From: Lophium mytilinum | Taxonomy: Eukaryota | Length of the DNA stretch: 64,000 bases | Assembly: GCA_010093605.1 (NCBI GenBank) | Contig: MU004181.1 | Coordinates: 2,976,001-3,040,000, forward strand | Reading direction: 5' to 3' | Shown: in pieces, positions 9,880 to 22,794 of the stretch | How the letters are laid out: every line of letters starts with the position of its first letter | Position numbering within the stretch: position 1 is the first letter of the stretch | Translations under genes and position numbers: made by a program | Notes under the pieces: generated by a model | Databases searched by the model: none | What the model was told of the DNA's origin: nothing | What the model saw: only the letters and a program-made list of their open reading frames with translations

Positions 9880-11802
9880 TTACCTGCCCCAGTCTTCGTA
9901 CCTCCTCTGCGAATAATATCCGTCTGAGCCTGCTACCCCGTTCAGAATCCCATTCAGGCCCTGGACTCCGTTCGGTCCGTTAACCCCCAGCCCGTCAAAG
10001 CTCCTTCTCCTCCCACCAGCACTCTTTACCTCACTCAAGCGGGCCATGTACGGCGCCAACTTCCGCATCTTCACTCGTTTCCCCGGGTCCTCTCTCACCA
10101 TAGCCTCTATGCACCCCAGCACGCCCAGCTCCAGCTTCAGCGCCTGCTCACGCCGCTCTCTCTGCGCACCAGCCCACCCACCTCCTCCCATCGTCTGCAG
10201 TCGCATGCGCCAGTTGGCGACACGGTCCGCATTCGCGTGGAAAGAAGCATCGTGGGTGCCACCAGCGCGGTATGCAGAGAACGAGGTGAGCGACTGGCTT
10301 TTCAGCACAGTCATGATGGCGAGGAAGATGCAGCCCAGTGCGAAGACGTCGGCAGGACGGCCGGGCTTCTTCGCACGCGGCGTGATGCTTTCCGGAGCGG
10401 CATAGAGATAAGACTGGTCTGTAAAGTATGACGGGTCAGAGCGCTTACTGTGCGATGGTGGAGAGGTTGATAAGGGGTCACGGGCATGTGGACTGCCCTC
10501 ATCGTGGTGAGACGATGTACTGGATATGCCGAAAGCTGCGAGATAGACACGCGAGCCGTCGATCAGTATCTTCCGTGGGCGGAGGCCCCTGTGCGAAATC
10601 TGTTGCGCATGCAGGTAGTCTACCGCCTGGCAGAGATCGTTGGTCCAGTCCAGCAGCTGCTTCGCGCGATGAGCATCCAGGGGGAATTGCAGATAGTCGT
10701 CAAGGCTGTACTGCGCCGAGTTTGTTACGATGCCGATGACGTTGCCTTGGGCATATGAACACACTACACGGGATATGTTCCTGTGGTCGAGTCGCTTGAA
10801 GTCGGCGATCTGAGTCAAGATCGATGACTTTTGGCTGGGTCGGGTATAGATAAAACGCTTGCGAACGAGAATGCGGTCGTCAGAATCGCCAAGCCACGCC
10901 ACTTTGTCGACATTCTTCTCAGGCGTTGAGCGGAGCATGTTTAGTGGTTGGAGCGGGACCGTTTCGCGTGCTTGGAATTCCACGTGGCCTCCGTTTTGGG
11001 GCAATTCCTTCGCAGTAACGCGCCACTGGATTTCTATAGCCTTCTTTGGGTTTGCCGCAATCCCTTGGAGGTCGTCTTCAGAGAAGGGCATCTTCTCGTC
11101 TTCGAGACAGTAAATTACAGCTTTACGCCATGAATCTACGTCGTCACAAAGAAAGAACAAGAGGGCAGTCCGCGGGTTTGACAGAGCCCAAGTGTAGGTT
11201 CTTTGCGCTGTAGAGCGCTCCCAACCTTGTCGGCGCAGAAGATCGGGGTACATCCGTCCATATTGGGTTAGGAGGGTCGGAGTCACAAACGCAGTAGGTA
11301 GTGGAGGCGGAGCTATAGCACCGTTGGATCGATAGGGATTGGGAGTTGGTGAGTGGGGATAATTTGGCGCCGGTGACAGAGGGAAGTCGTTCCCTCTCAA
11401 CGATTCGCCAGCAGAAGGAGCAGCAGGACTCGTGGGGGTGTTGAAGCTTGTGCTCATTACAATCGGCCGAACTGGCTGTGGGGCAACAGGAGTAGCTGAT
11501 CGGCTGGTGTACTGCGGCGTCCTTGATTGCGGGCTTCCGTTTGGGGAAGTTCTGTTGCTTAACGACAAGGTGGACGTGTTCGCCATGTTGGTATACGGGT
11601 TGTTGGAGTTGGTAGGCGTGGAACTACGACTGGTCGTCGAAGACGTCGTAGATGCAGAGGGCGACGGCGGCGAGCGCGGAAACTGCCAGCCGGGCTCTTC
11701 ATGTAAGTTCACCATGGATACTGTGTGCTGGAGGGAGAAAGCGTGCTTCTGGGGAGCCGAGTTTGGCGGCAAACGCCAGGGCGAGTTAGAGGAGTGCTGC
11801 AT
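9880..11802 (-). CDS. Protein kinase-like protein, predicted pseudokinase
   Basis: 640-aa ORF with a Ser/Pro-rich N-terminus; kinase fold with LDHRNI, HRGLRPRKILI, LAAFG, YAAPE and ADVFALGC. Confidence 0.85.
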   Translation of the reverse strand: MQHSSNSPWRLPPNSAPQKHAFSLQHTVSMVNLHEEPGWQFPRSPPSPSASTTSSTTSRSSTPTNSNNPYTNMANTSTLSLSNRTSPNGSPQSRTPQYTSRSATPVAPQPVRPIVMSTSFNTPTSPAAPSAGESLRGNDFPLSPAPNYPHSPTPNPYRSNGAIAPPPLPTAFVTPTLLTQYGRMYPDLLRRQGWERSTAQRTYTWALSNPRTALLFFLCDDVDSWRKAVIYCLEDEKMPFSEDDLQGIAANPKKAIEIQWRVTAKELPQNGGHVEFQARETVPLQPLNMLRSTPEKNVDKVAWLGDSDDRILVRKRFIYTRPSQKSSILTQIADFKRLDHRNISRVVCSYAQGNVIGIVTNSAQYSLDDYLQFPLDAHRAKQLLDWTNDLCQAVDYLHAQQISHRGLRPRKILIDGSRVYLAAFGISSTSSHHDEGSPHARDPLSTSPPSHSKRSDPSYFTDQSYLYAAPESITPRAKKPGRPADVFALGCIFLAIMTVLKSQSLTSFSAYRAGGTHDASFHANADRVANWRMRLQTMGGGGWAGAQRERREQALKLELGVLGCIEAMVREDPGKRVKMRKLAPYMARLSEVKSAGGRRRSFDGLGVNGPNGVQGLNGILNGVAGSDGYYSQRRYEDWGR

Positions 11803-12894
11803 TGCTGCAGAGGGAGGAAGCAGTCTATCAGGTGAACAGGGACAGATGCAACAGGCAACGAAGAGAATGACGCCAGACAGTCATGGGAAAGATACGAAAC
11901 AGCTTGCACGGCTATTGGCTGACACGGGCGCAGGAGGCCCAAAGAGAAGACGCGAAAAACAAAGATGACATTTCCAGAGGGTGATGAGGTCGAGGTGGCA
12001 GTGGGAGAGCAGCGGAGACTGCAGGCAGGTATCAGTGCAAGATAGAAGTACTCAATGCACAGGGGTAATGAGAATGAAAAGAGCCCGGGCGGGCAGGCTG
12101 GCTTGCCCTCCCTTCTGGACAGGTGTGCATCTGGGGCGTGTGTGCTGGCAGAGGAAGCTCTGCAAGGACGGCCGCATTAGTGGGCGCGAGAGCAGTTGCG
12201 CCGTCATGTTGCGGGCGTTGGGCGAGTAACGGAGGGTTAGTTCGAATGCATCATATGTGTAGGATTTTGATTCGCCTTTGCTCGAACAAGTGCCCTGTGC
12301 GGCCGTTCGCAGGGCGCGCGACCCGACCAGCCTGCGGGTGGTGCCAGAGCAGCCGGTGGAGCAGCTCAGCAAAGGCAGCGAGCGGCATTCGCCCGGGGGG
12401 CAGCCTGCGGGCGTTGACTGCAGGGCGTTGAGGGTGTGGTAGGCGGGATATGGCGGGCGAGGATAGGGACGTGGTGAAGGGGGTGTAGGGTGAGCCCGAC
12501 GAGAGCCACGAATCCTGGGGCCGCCGTCGACACTGTACCTACATTAACCGACGCTCGACATCGTGGGAGGCGTCGCTGGGTATCACGGCAATCGATTGGG
12601 CCTGAGAAACGGTCGATTGGGTGTCGGGGGCATCGATTGGGCTGCGAGGGACCGAATGAAGCTGGGGACGTCCCGGAACACTTCACCGCTCCACCACCTC
12701 CACCATCCTCTTGGCAGCCTCGAGAGAGGATGTGCTGTCGGGTGGGTAATGGTCTCTAATCCACGTGCACGCACCGATGTCGAGTCCACCTTTCCATGCC
12801 CTGCGTGGCGCTGAAGCTCCATGCTAGAAACTGCTGAAGCTTCGAGCGCCATGTCGATGGAGCGTTTCACAGGGATCGTAAGTCACTCAGCTCT

Positions 12895-12945
12895 ATGTAT
12901 ATATGTAGACATGTACGTATGTAGGTATGCATATATATATGTTTA
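12895..12945. repeat. Degenerate (TA/TG)n microsatellite-like tract
   Basis: Alternating purine-pyrimidine run tatgtatatatgtagacatgtacgtatgtaggtatgcatatatatatg in the long intergenic region. Confidence 0.5.
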
Positions 12946-14323
12946 TGCCGAAGTGTCTGTAAAGTGTATTATAAGATGGGAAGACAAGGAGGACAAGAAG
13001 TCAAGCACGTGTATGGCACGTGCTGCGTTGTTGACACAGTATATGTACAGCACTCAGCTGCCCGCTGAACCTCTTCGCTGTCTGTTGTACACCTTACTAG
13101 CGCGCAAGAGATGACACCGAGCATGAGTGAACAGTCTTGGGTATCGTTTGCCTGTGCTCAGGACATTTACTTGAGATTTCTTCAGGTCACGTGATGACCA
13201 GCAGCCCTTGTGAGTTAGACATCGTGGATCGCAAAGGGACTTTTGCAGGCATTATAGACTTTGCTGCTGTCGGAAAGCGCTGTGGCCCAGAAGTCGACTT
13301 GGGCTGGCGCCGCGGTGGAGTATGATGCTACGATGTGCTTCCGCAAGGGGCTCTACGACACGTGAGTCTCCACCGGGTGCGACAAGCTGGCACTCCACCA
13401 CAGCGCGACGCCGTTTGAGCGGCACCAGGCCTCCAGGAGCTCTTTAGCAGCACCTCTAGGCTTTGTAGGTGGCATCTAGGCTCGACACGCTGTGGCCGGG
13501 GCCCGCAAGCATAAGGCGCTCCAGTAAGACTCGGCTGGCCAGAAAGGCGAGCCAATCTGCGGCGATGTATTTCGCTACATTTCGAGGTGCGACACCACGG
13601 CCTTCAAGAGAGGCTCAACTTTCGAATCCGAAACCCACACCGCTGGCCCCTCCCGCTGCTACACAGGGCTGATTGGCGCACAGCCGAACGACGCCATGAT
13701 CGCCTAGCGCCCCTGCGGACACTCTGACTTCATCTGTGTCAAGGAGAGCCTCACCAAGCACTCCCGCTGCACCACCACTGACCACCATACAGCCCGCTCA
13801 AGCAATCATCGCCGCGGGAACGCTGAGCTTGCACGCTTTAAGCACTGTTCAGCTCGGACCATTCGTCCAGACCTCCTTGCTAGCCTCAATGGAGCTCCAC
13901 CAGCCTGGGCGCATAACCTTCACCTCCCCCCGCGTCTCAGCAGCAGTCTCAACCAAGATATTCAGTCATTCATGCTACTCACGCTGTCAGGTACCAGCCT
14001 CCTTCACGCCATTGCCAAACCCCCTCAGACGGCCTCCTGATGCTGTGATGTCTCCGGAGTTGTCTCCAAGTCCGCTGTGATAGCGTCTGTTTTGCTGCTA
14101 GCAGCCGACCCCTCTCCAACTCTAGCTATTATGACCTCTCGGCCGGCCCAGTATCGATCCGCCTGATTTCTGCCTGCACTGCCTTTTCTATCTTGCTAGA
14201 GTTTCTCTTCTTCCACCTTCTTTGAGCCGCTGCTGTGCAGTTTGCCATCTACAATCTCTTCGTCTACCCTATTTAATACAGATAACCCTAGATTAATCAT
14301 CCTTCTTGACTCATATCATCACG

Positions 14324-15437
14324 ATGCTCGTCCAATCTGCTCTGGCTGGTAGTCTCTTTGTTGCCGGTCAGATTCTCCAAGCCTCAGCCGGCCATCCCAG
14401 AGGAATCCTAGACGCATCACATCTGCTTCCACGGAATGATCATTTTGAACACCAAATACGGCGGCATGCAGAAGACGTTATAGCAAAGCTTGCACGACGA
14501 CAGAACCCATCCGCCACCGCATCAGCACCCACCATCTCGACAACTCCACAGTCTGGGGATGCAACCAAGGTCGATCTGAACAAGTGGGAGACACAGACAC
14601 AACAGGCATGCTCAAATGCTCTGTCTGTTCTCAATGGTCAGGCTTCAAATCCATCCGGCATGGCCGTATGCTACAACCTCCCCTTCCTCGACAACACCAC
14701 CGGCGTCTTCGAGGCCGAACTACGCATGTACAACGTCTCGATGCCCATCGACCCCTGGGTGGGCATCACCAGCGCCGACGTGAGCATGACATTGAAGTAT
14801 CTTGGCGCCACCGTCCAAGCCACCAACGGCACCTTCATGAAGCGCGACTCAACCCTATCCTGGCCTCCCATTCGAAGGAACGTAGATCTAGGTAGTGAGC
14901 TCGTTTACCGCCAGAGCTCCGGCTCCAACGTTGCACCCCCTGGCGAGCTCAAAGTTCTCACCTACGTGGGCAAAATTAACAGCAACCTGATGGGCTCAGC
15001 CATGTCACAGTCAGCTCCCTCTAACCCTTCATTGCCCCTCCCATCTAACACTTAACAGATCCAACCTCCAAGCCCTTCTTGTCCCACAGATCATCCTCAC
15101 CGCCAACAGCCCCAAAACCGGGAAGCAGGTTTCTGCCACACTATCTTCGACTGAAGCGTCCTTCGTCAACGGCGTGTTCGCTAAAGAGGCCACCCCCGTG
15201 TCCCCCTCTGCCTCCGCTTCTGCTTCTGCGGTCGGCGCCGCTGCCACACAGGGCGCCAACTATGTCCTCCCCGGCACCAAGCTCGCCTTCTTCCCGATCG
15301 GCCTTGTCGTCACTTGCGTATGGACGGCAGGGCTGTTCTTAGCGGTCGGCTTGGGCACAATTGGCCGGATACAGTTCCGGGAACAGTATCGCCGGCGTAT
15401 GAAGCGGGAGATGACGAAGGGCGTCCCGACGATATAG
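14324..15437 (+). CDS. Uncharacterised secreted/single-pass membrane protein
   Basis: Signal peptide MLVQSALAGSLFVAGQILQASA; ASNPSGMAVCYNLPFLDNTTGVFEAELR; intron at about 15010-15058; C-terminal TM FFPIGLVVTCVWTAGLFLAVGLG followed by a basic tail. Confidence 0.8.
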
Positions 15438-16285
15438 AATACCCACCTTCGCTCAGATATCTATTAGTCCGCACCCGGCTTGGATTGTTTAGCGTGTCGA
15501 GGTTGAGACGTCTTACTTTCGTTCTATGTATCCTAATTTTATTCGCGCACGGTTTTTGAAAGAACGGCCAGGTCGCTAGACGTCATCCTGGCGATGCATG
15601 CGGTTGAAGCAGTCTGCGGTCACTAGGGATCAGTCGAATTACAAGTCCAGCCTTGGGGGTATAGTCTGATAGAAACATGAATAGATAAAAATGAATAAAC
15701 AAAACACCCTCTTTTCCTCCAACTTAGACCCTACGAGACGAAAGTTGGCAGTACGGCTCAAATCTCAAGTCATGATGGAGGAGCCAGTTTACGTGAGGTT
15801 TCACGTGGTTTTAGTATGACAAGTCTATGACACTCTCAATTGGATTATATTTTCAGGGACGGCGAAAGGGCCTTTTGTAGCGGGAGTTCTTCGAGCATTG
15901 AAAGGATAGGTCAAAAACTTTGGAAGCGGGGACTGATTTTGAGTCTAGTACCCACTCCTTTTAGCGCGTACCTGAATCCCGGCCTCGGGTCAAAGGCTTG
16001 GTACGAAAGCGAACGACGCGGTGCAGGACCACCTCAACGGAGTCTGGACTCAACACTTATTTCTTTGCCAAGACTTACTCAAATAGGGAACAGCTCAAGT
16101 GACGCATAAAGGTAGGGGAAATATTAATAGCCAAGGAAACCACAGATTAGTAAAGATCTTTGTCCGCTCTAGCAGTATGAAGGTAGTTCCAAACGGATGT
16201 TAATGTATTTGCGAATCTAACATCTCGTCGCACGACATGTTACCCTCCCATACCCATACGTTCCCTCATTTTGCTACTCCGGATA

Positions 16286-18107
16286 TCATCTCCTGACCCA
16301 TAGCCTTCCTAACCCCCTCTGCTGCACCTCCCTCCTCGCCGCCCCATCAATGACAACACCTTGACCCTCGCTAGTAGAACTCGCACTACTAGCCTTCTTA
16401 GCGCTCGAAGTCCTAAAGAACCTCAACAGCACCACCATCGTCCCCGCCGCCAAGATACTCCCACAAAGAATCCCAATCATGACTAAGTTGCTCTTCCGAT
16501 ACTTATGCTTCCCCTCTCCATCCTCAGGCCACCCCGTATACAGCGCATACGTCGTCAATATACTGCCCAAATTCCCGAGGCCTGAGACGAGGGCGCTGGC
16601 CGCTGCTACGCCTACCTCGCCGTGGCGCGGCTGGAAGATCTCATTCGTCCAGGTCATAGTGATGGGGACCGTGGGGCCGAGGCCGAAGCCGACGATGAGG
16701 AGGCCGCCGTAGCGGGCCCAGCCGTCGCTGGCGAAGGTGGTGATAAGGAGGCCAGCGATTTGGAAAAGGACGGCGATGCTGAAGAAGAGGGCGCGGTGGT
16801 GGTGGAAGCGGTCGGACAGGGGGGTGACGAGCAGGATTGCAATGAGATCCATCTAAATGTTTGCGTTAGCATATGCTCAAAGAATGAAAATAGAGGAGAC
16901 TTACGATCCAGATAGGGGCGAAGAGCAGACTTAGCTGGATGCTCGTGAGGTCAGGGTTGATGCCTCGAATAATTACGGTGCCGTAGCTCTGGGTGCCAAT
17001 CCCAACACCGACAACGCCAAAGTACATGATGACTAGGGGCCAGAGACGCCAGTCTATCACTACGTGCCAGAGGTCTCTGATGTTCCAGGCGCTGCGATGG
17101 TACACGCGGGTCAGATCTTCGTAATGGATTCTTGCGTCCTCCCCAGTCAGGGCGGGTTTGCTCTGAGGGATCCACTTTCTCCAGCCGTCCCGATTTCGTA
17201 CTTCGCCGGGAGGCAGTGGGCGATCTGGGAGCCACCATAACAATGACACGCCGACGACGATTCCAACGAGGCCATAAAGAAGGAACATCCATTGGAAACC
17301 AGTCAGGCCTTGAAGGCCATCCATCTCTTGAAATCCAGCTGACACCAAGCCGACGACAGCAGCGGAGACTTGAGCGGCAGTGAAGTAGCGTCCAATACGC
17401 TTTCCAGTCCGCGATGGCGGGTAAAAGAGAGTGAGATAGTAAGACATCCCAGGCCACATGCCAGCAATAACGATACCGAGCAGGAGTCTCAAAAGACTGC
17501 AGCAAAGCATGAGACGGCGTTTAGAGAGAGATTAGAGTAGGAACAACATACTAGAAGCTCCATGCTGCTTTCATGGCCGTCAGACATGTTCCTATAATAC
17601 CGACACCGACAACGATTCGGCTCATCCATACATGAGGGCTGAGCTTTGACATGACCAAATTGGACGGTAAGTCAAATAAAACATAGCAAACGTAGAATAA
17701 GGCCAAGCCAGTGGATACTTGCTTCGGAGTCAAGTTGAGCACTGAAGCAAGGTCGTGGCCCTGTTTAGTGTTCATGGTCTGGGCGAGGCCAACATTGGAT
17801 CGTATGGCAGAGCAGAGGAAGTAGAGCACCCAGAAAGCTAAGTAGGAATGAGTCTTGCGGCTTAACATAGATGATCGAGAATGGAGTACCTGGGAGAATT
17901 CTCCGATCTAGCTTTCTGTTTCTATCAGCATTTTGCCGGCGCCGAAATCTTGATAGCTTACTTATACACAGCCTCAATCCTTGCAATATCCACAACATCA
18001 GCACCCAATTCGGGGTCATCGTGAAAGCTGGCATTTTTCGGTGTTTCTCCAATTGCTATACCAGGCTCTTCGTCGTAGCCACTTTTCCAAATCGGCTCAG
18101 TGGCCAT
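16286..18107 (-). CDS. MFS transporter, Dal5/allantoate-permease (anion:cation symporter) family; possibly AstA-like
   Basis: KLDRRILP, FDLPSNL, LLRLLLG..IAG.WPG..YYLTLFY; many TM segments; 5 short introns. Confidence 0.85.
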
Positions 18108-18675
18108 GCTGATTAAATTACAAGCAACACAAAGGGACAATTATTCTGATGGTATGACTCTAGACGGAAGAGGGGTGGATTATATACAGTGACAAGGTCC
18201 GAGGCTACTGGCGGCTCAGAGGGCAACGAGAGCGAGGTCGGCGGAGGCTTTAGGTTCCCCAGGCCCGGGATTATTCGTTGAGTAGCCACGGGTACAAATT
18301 TTACGTAGCAGTGGGGAACTAGCAGAGCCATGCTGCAGCCGTCGAGGGGTTCAAAGATGCATTGGAGGCTAGCCAAACTACTGCGAGAGGGGTGCCGGAG
18401 ATCTGGTAATGGCACTGATCGTCCATCACCTGCACCCTTTGCCTTTTGCTTCTTCTTCTCCGTGTCGTGTCGTGTGGTTTGAGTTGAGATCGGAGTAAGG
18501 AATAAGGTTTGGGACTAGCGTGTCGGCAACTTTACTTTGTAATGCCGACGAATGCCTTTCGTCATCAGTCAATTTACTCTCAAGCTTCACAAAGTCACTA
18601 CACCAAAGCAATTGCACCTCCTACGTTCTTAGGGCACTCAGACCTTGTAAACACATCTGCTTGAAGTAGCTAAAG

Positions 18676-19435
18676 ATGTTTTCGCGCTCGATTACAGCTC
18701 TACGGCCTTTGACTAGAGCTCCAAGAAATTTGTCTCTCCGTGGACGAGCTCTATCTACACTCCCAAACAACCCTCACATCGTAAGCTGCCCTTTCAACTG
18801 AACCTGGAAAGTATTCTTGCTAACACACGAGCAGTACGTCTTCCCCTCGCCAGCTGACCCCAAATCATCCATACTCTCTCTTCTCCCGACCGATCCCCCA
18901 ACTCAATCCCTTGCAATCGGCACCACAACCTCAATTCCACCAGAGCCAGCATCCTTCACTGAGAACCACCAGTTTCTCGGCATCTTACAATCTGTATTCC
19001 ACGCATATGCCATCCAGGATCCAGAGGTTCAATACCAGGCCGCAGCGTTCGCTTCCCCAGGAGGCTTTAATCTGGGTGGAAGCAGCGGCGAAGGCGCCGG
19101 CGGAGCCAGTCAGCAAGGTGGCATGGGAGGTGCGAACCGTGGAGGATGGATTCATGTCAGTGATACTAGGAATCCGCCCGATTGGGGCAGGATAGCGTGG
19201 CCAGAAGATATCTTTGGGAGTGTGGAGGTGGATGGGAACGGGAAGTTTGCAGATGGGGGAAGCTACCAAGCTAGTGGCACCTATCGCATCGTGACGCGGG
19301 AGGGGATGTAGGTGTCATTCACTGTCGATCTGGTGACTCTGGCTAATTTCAAGCAGACTCGGACTCTCCACATTCCTTCGCGAAAAGCTGATCGAGCGGC
19401 TACAGGAACTAGAAAAGCAATCCAAAAACAACTAA
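18676..19435 (+). CDS. Uncharacterised probable mitochondrial protein
   Basis: Arg/Ser-rich presequence MFSRSITALRPLTRAPRNLSLRGRALS; GGWIHVSDTRNPPDWGRIAWPEDIFGSVEV; three exons. Confidence 0.75.
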
Positions 19436-19473
19436 CGCTCTTGTTACCTGGCGTATATCTCCATCAAGCCTTT

Positions 19474-20223
19474 TCACAATTCAGGGACCCCAGATGCTCC
19501 TCTTTCTGGACCTAACGAATGCGGATTCTCTCCACCTGGATGCGCCATCTTCTGACAATCCCACTGTACCGTCTGGCACTGATTATTAAACTCCCGGCAT
19601 ATATCCAACCTACTTATCATCTTATCCCTGACAGGCCCTGCTGCCACCAACCACGCAGGCATCCGTATAGCTCTGTTCATGCAGTCAACAACGAGCCTAT
19701 TACATTTTACTGCCCTCTCACAGACCGCAGTATCGGGAACCACGGGCAGCGTGCTGCAGATCTCCGGATCGTTCAACTTTTCCATACACTCCAGAGTCCA
19801 CTGGGAGATGCCAGGGGTCCAGCAGGATCCGAATGCAGATTGGCAAGTCGGTGCTGCGCAGTGTGACTCGTCGGAGCCGCAGAAGCCGTGATGGCTATGT
19901 GCTGGACATTAGCGATATATCGTGGGGCGACATAAACTATCGCAGATAACCATACCTGCAGCAATCTCCGAATTTGGAATATTTGCATGAGAATCCACTT
20001 TCACCAGCACATCTTCCGTCTAGACTAACAGAGAGCGCAATACTCGGAACTAAGGCACAGAATCAGCCAGCGAACACTCGCGGGGTAACGAATATAACCT
20101 ACCAGCGCTCGTGGTCGGCACATCGCCTAGTGCCACCCTTGCAACATGTTCCCTTCGACCTGGCCATCCCCGAATGGGAAGACTCAACGCCATCCAAAGG
20201 ATTTTGAGCGGTTGAGGAAGCAT
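19474..20223 (-). CDS. Small cysteine-rich protein with a CBM18 (hevein-type chitin-binding) domain
   Basis: Exons 20223-20103, 20049-19956 and 19894-19474 sum to 636 nt in frame. The spliced product contains SLDGRCAGESGFSCKYSKFGDCCSHHGFCGSDESHCAAPTCQSAFGSCW. Confidence 0.8.
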
Positions 20224-20704
20224 CGCAAGACCGATTAAGTTCTTTTGACATTGTCTTCAAGGGTGCCTCAAGGATCTTTAACGGTGCTTTCTTCATCGCT
20301 TACCAGCGTTTTGGAATCCAATACCAGCCAGGAATGAGGTGGCACCGCAGATTGGAATGTGGCCAGGTATCCGGGAAAGCTTGCTTGAGCTCGAGAACCA
20401 TAAACTTTTTCGGTCATGCTAGGGATAATTGATACTATTTTAGGGGAGGAATTAGCAATGTTAGCGAGCATATACAGTCTCCTGGTATGTAATCCCTTTC
20501 CACCCCACGCACGTGGCATGCTAGACTTCCCCATTTCACAACCTTCTCCACAAAACAAACGCGCCCTGCAGATATGTGATGCATGCTCACTTTCACATTT
20601 CAAAATGCAAAGTCGCATCCACATCTCGTATTCCAGAATGCTGGATGCGTAAAACCAAATTACCCCACACGAGCCCCCCCACACCCCTTACATGCCCACC
20701 CCAC

Positions 20705-22794
20705 TCACATCTTCTCATTCTCATCATGCACCGGCTTCACACTACTCCGCCGCCGCGTCGCCGCCGCATGCTCCTCAGTATCATCGTACGCAATCAGCAG
20801 CTCGCCATTCTTGCCATAGCGCCGCGGCGTCTCGCGCGCGATGCGCACGACATCGAACACGGACGTCGTCTTGTGGAAGATAGAATCCATCTCCTCGAGT
20901 GAGCGGTAGGCCGTTTCAGGGTAGAAGAAGTACGTCACGGGCACGATGAAAGCGTTACTACATGCATCATTAGCCTAAATTCCAACATGGGAAAGGGACG
21001 GAGAAGAAGCGGGGAGGAAGGGGGGTTTAGAGAACTCACATCACAGCAAAAATGATATATGTCTGATACCCGATATTCGTAAACGCGACCGGCGTAATCA
21101 TTACAACCATGAAATTGAACGCCCAATTCGCGCTTGTCGCGAGCGCGTTCGCGGGCGCGCGGATGCGCAGCGGCACGATCTCGGCCGGGTACAGCCACGT
21201 CACTTAAGGTGGCAATAAAGTTAGCAAATCTTTCAGGACTAGAATGAAGAAAACGATATCGATTCCTCGTGACAACTGTTGCGTAAGACACTTCTTCGGG
21301 CGATTCCAAGACACCACTAGGCTTGTCTCGGAGTACTCCCTAATTAGTTTTTCAAACAAACAAATTGCTGGGAAAGTTTTCATCTTTATCGGGAGCTTAC
21401 GTACTGCCTAGCCAGCCGATGGCGAAGAAGGTGTTGAAGATGAAGAGGAAGGCGGCGGCGACGATGCCGGCGCCGGCGCCGTTGACGCTCGTCGTGCCGG
21501 CCAGCACGGCCATGGAGGCGGCCATGCCGGTCGCGCCGAAGATCATGAGGGAGCGCCGCCCGAACTTCTCGATGGTGAAGACGGCGATCCAGGACGCGAG
21601 GAAGTATTCGGTGCCGTTGCAGGCGGCGAGGATGCGGCTGATGAAGGGGGAGAGGCCGATGTAGTTTTCGTAGATTTGGGCGGCGTAGTATCTGTCTAGA
21701 TGGTAAGAAAAGGGGGTATAATTTGGTTAGCGAGGATTATAGTACGTACGTGATAAGGTTGATGCCGCTAATTTGCTGGAACATTTGGTTGACGTAGGCG
21801 AGAATGGTGCGGTGAAGGTGGCGGTTCTCGTCCATGGTGAACAGGTCCTTGAAGCTGCCCTTTTGCATCTCGAGGACTGTGTCCTTGATGGCGTCGTATT
21901 CAGCTCGGACGTATGGGTCTTCGGGGGGCAGGTCGTTGAGTGCGGAGAGGACGGACATGGCTTCAGCGTCTCTGCCCTTGAGGATGAGCCAGCGGGGGGA
22001 TTCGGGCATCTCGAGAATGAAGGCGACGATAATGATAGCGAAGATCATTTGGAAGCCGATCGGGAAGCGCCAGGAGACGGAGCTGGGTTCGAGGAAGGAG
22101 AAGCCGAAGTCGATCCAGCTAGGGTTGCAGTTAGCCATGTTGTCTTGAGCTTTGTGGAGAAAATCCGTACTAGCTGAGGCAAATACCACCAGTAATCAAA
22201 GCACCTTCGATCATGACCAATTGGCCTCGTCGATGGCTTTTGGAGGTTTCTGACTGCCATGTAGGTACCGTTGAAGTATTGAGACCATTTCCGACACCTT
22301 TGATTGTGGTTAGTGATCGAAAATGTGTTATGAAGGGTACAAAGTTGCTCACCAGTAATTACTCGTCCCGCGATGAAGTGACCTAAACTGAAAGCCGAAC
22401 ATTGAAGCGCAGCTCCAACAATCATGATAGAAGAACCTAAGAATATCGTCTTGCGTCGTCCGAGTACATCACCAAGCCAGATAGTCATTACAGCACCAAG
22501 GAAACAGCCTATTGCGTGTCAACCGAGCTCAGTCTTCAGGAAGGGAACAGAACACGCACCGACGTTATACGAAGCAACAGAGATACCCTGGATGATAGAG
22601 ACATGACTCTTGCGCTCTGGGGATGCCGCATTTACATCGATTTCTGGAAACTGCTTGAGGAACGAGCCAAGGCCCAAGATGCCTCCCATGACACCTTGGT
22701 CATAACCAAAAAGCAAGAAGTCAAGCCCGGCGAGTATGCCGACGGCGACATTCAATTGAGTGCCCTTGAAACCGAAGTACCGTTTACCAAACAT
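20705..22794 (-). CDS. Sugar porter family transporter (Stl1-like)
   Basis: FLLFGYDQGVMGG, LGRRKTI, VPTWQSE, PESPRWL, QMFQQISGINLITY, TWLYPAE, YPET; about 8 exons. Confidence 0.92.

Noticed and set aside
11950..14300. Many short ORFs in the 2.5-kb divergent intergenic region
   Set aside because: No motifs or consistent splice structure; interpreted as promoter and 5' UTR sequence.
21203..21404. Long sugar-transporter intron with nested donor GTACGTAAGC (stwintron, snoRNA or riboswitch host?)
   Set aside because: Removing an internal intron does not recreate a valid donor; no C/D, H/ACA or TPP-riboswitch consensus was found; a single GT-AG splice gives the correct GWLGMTWLYP.
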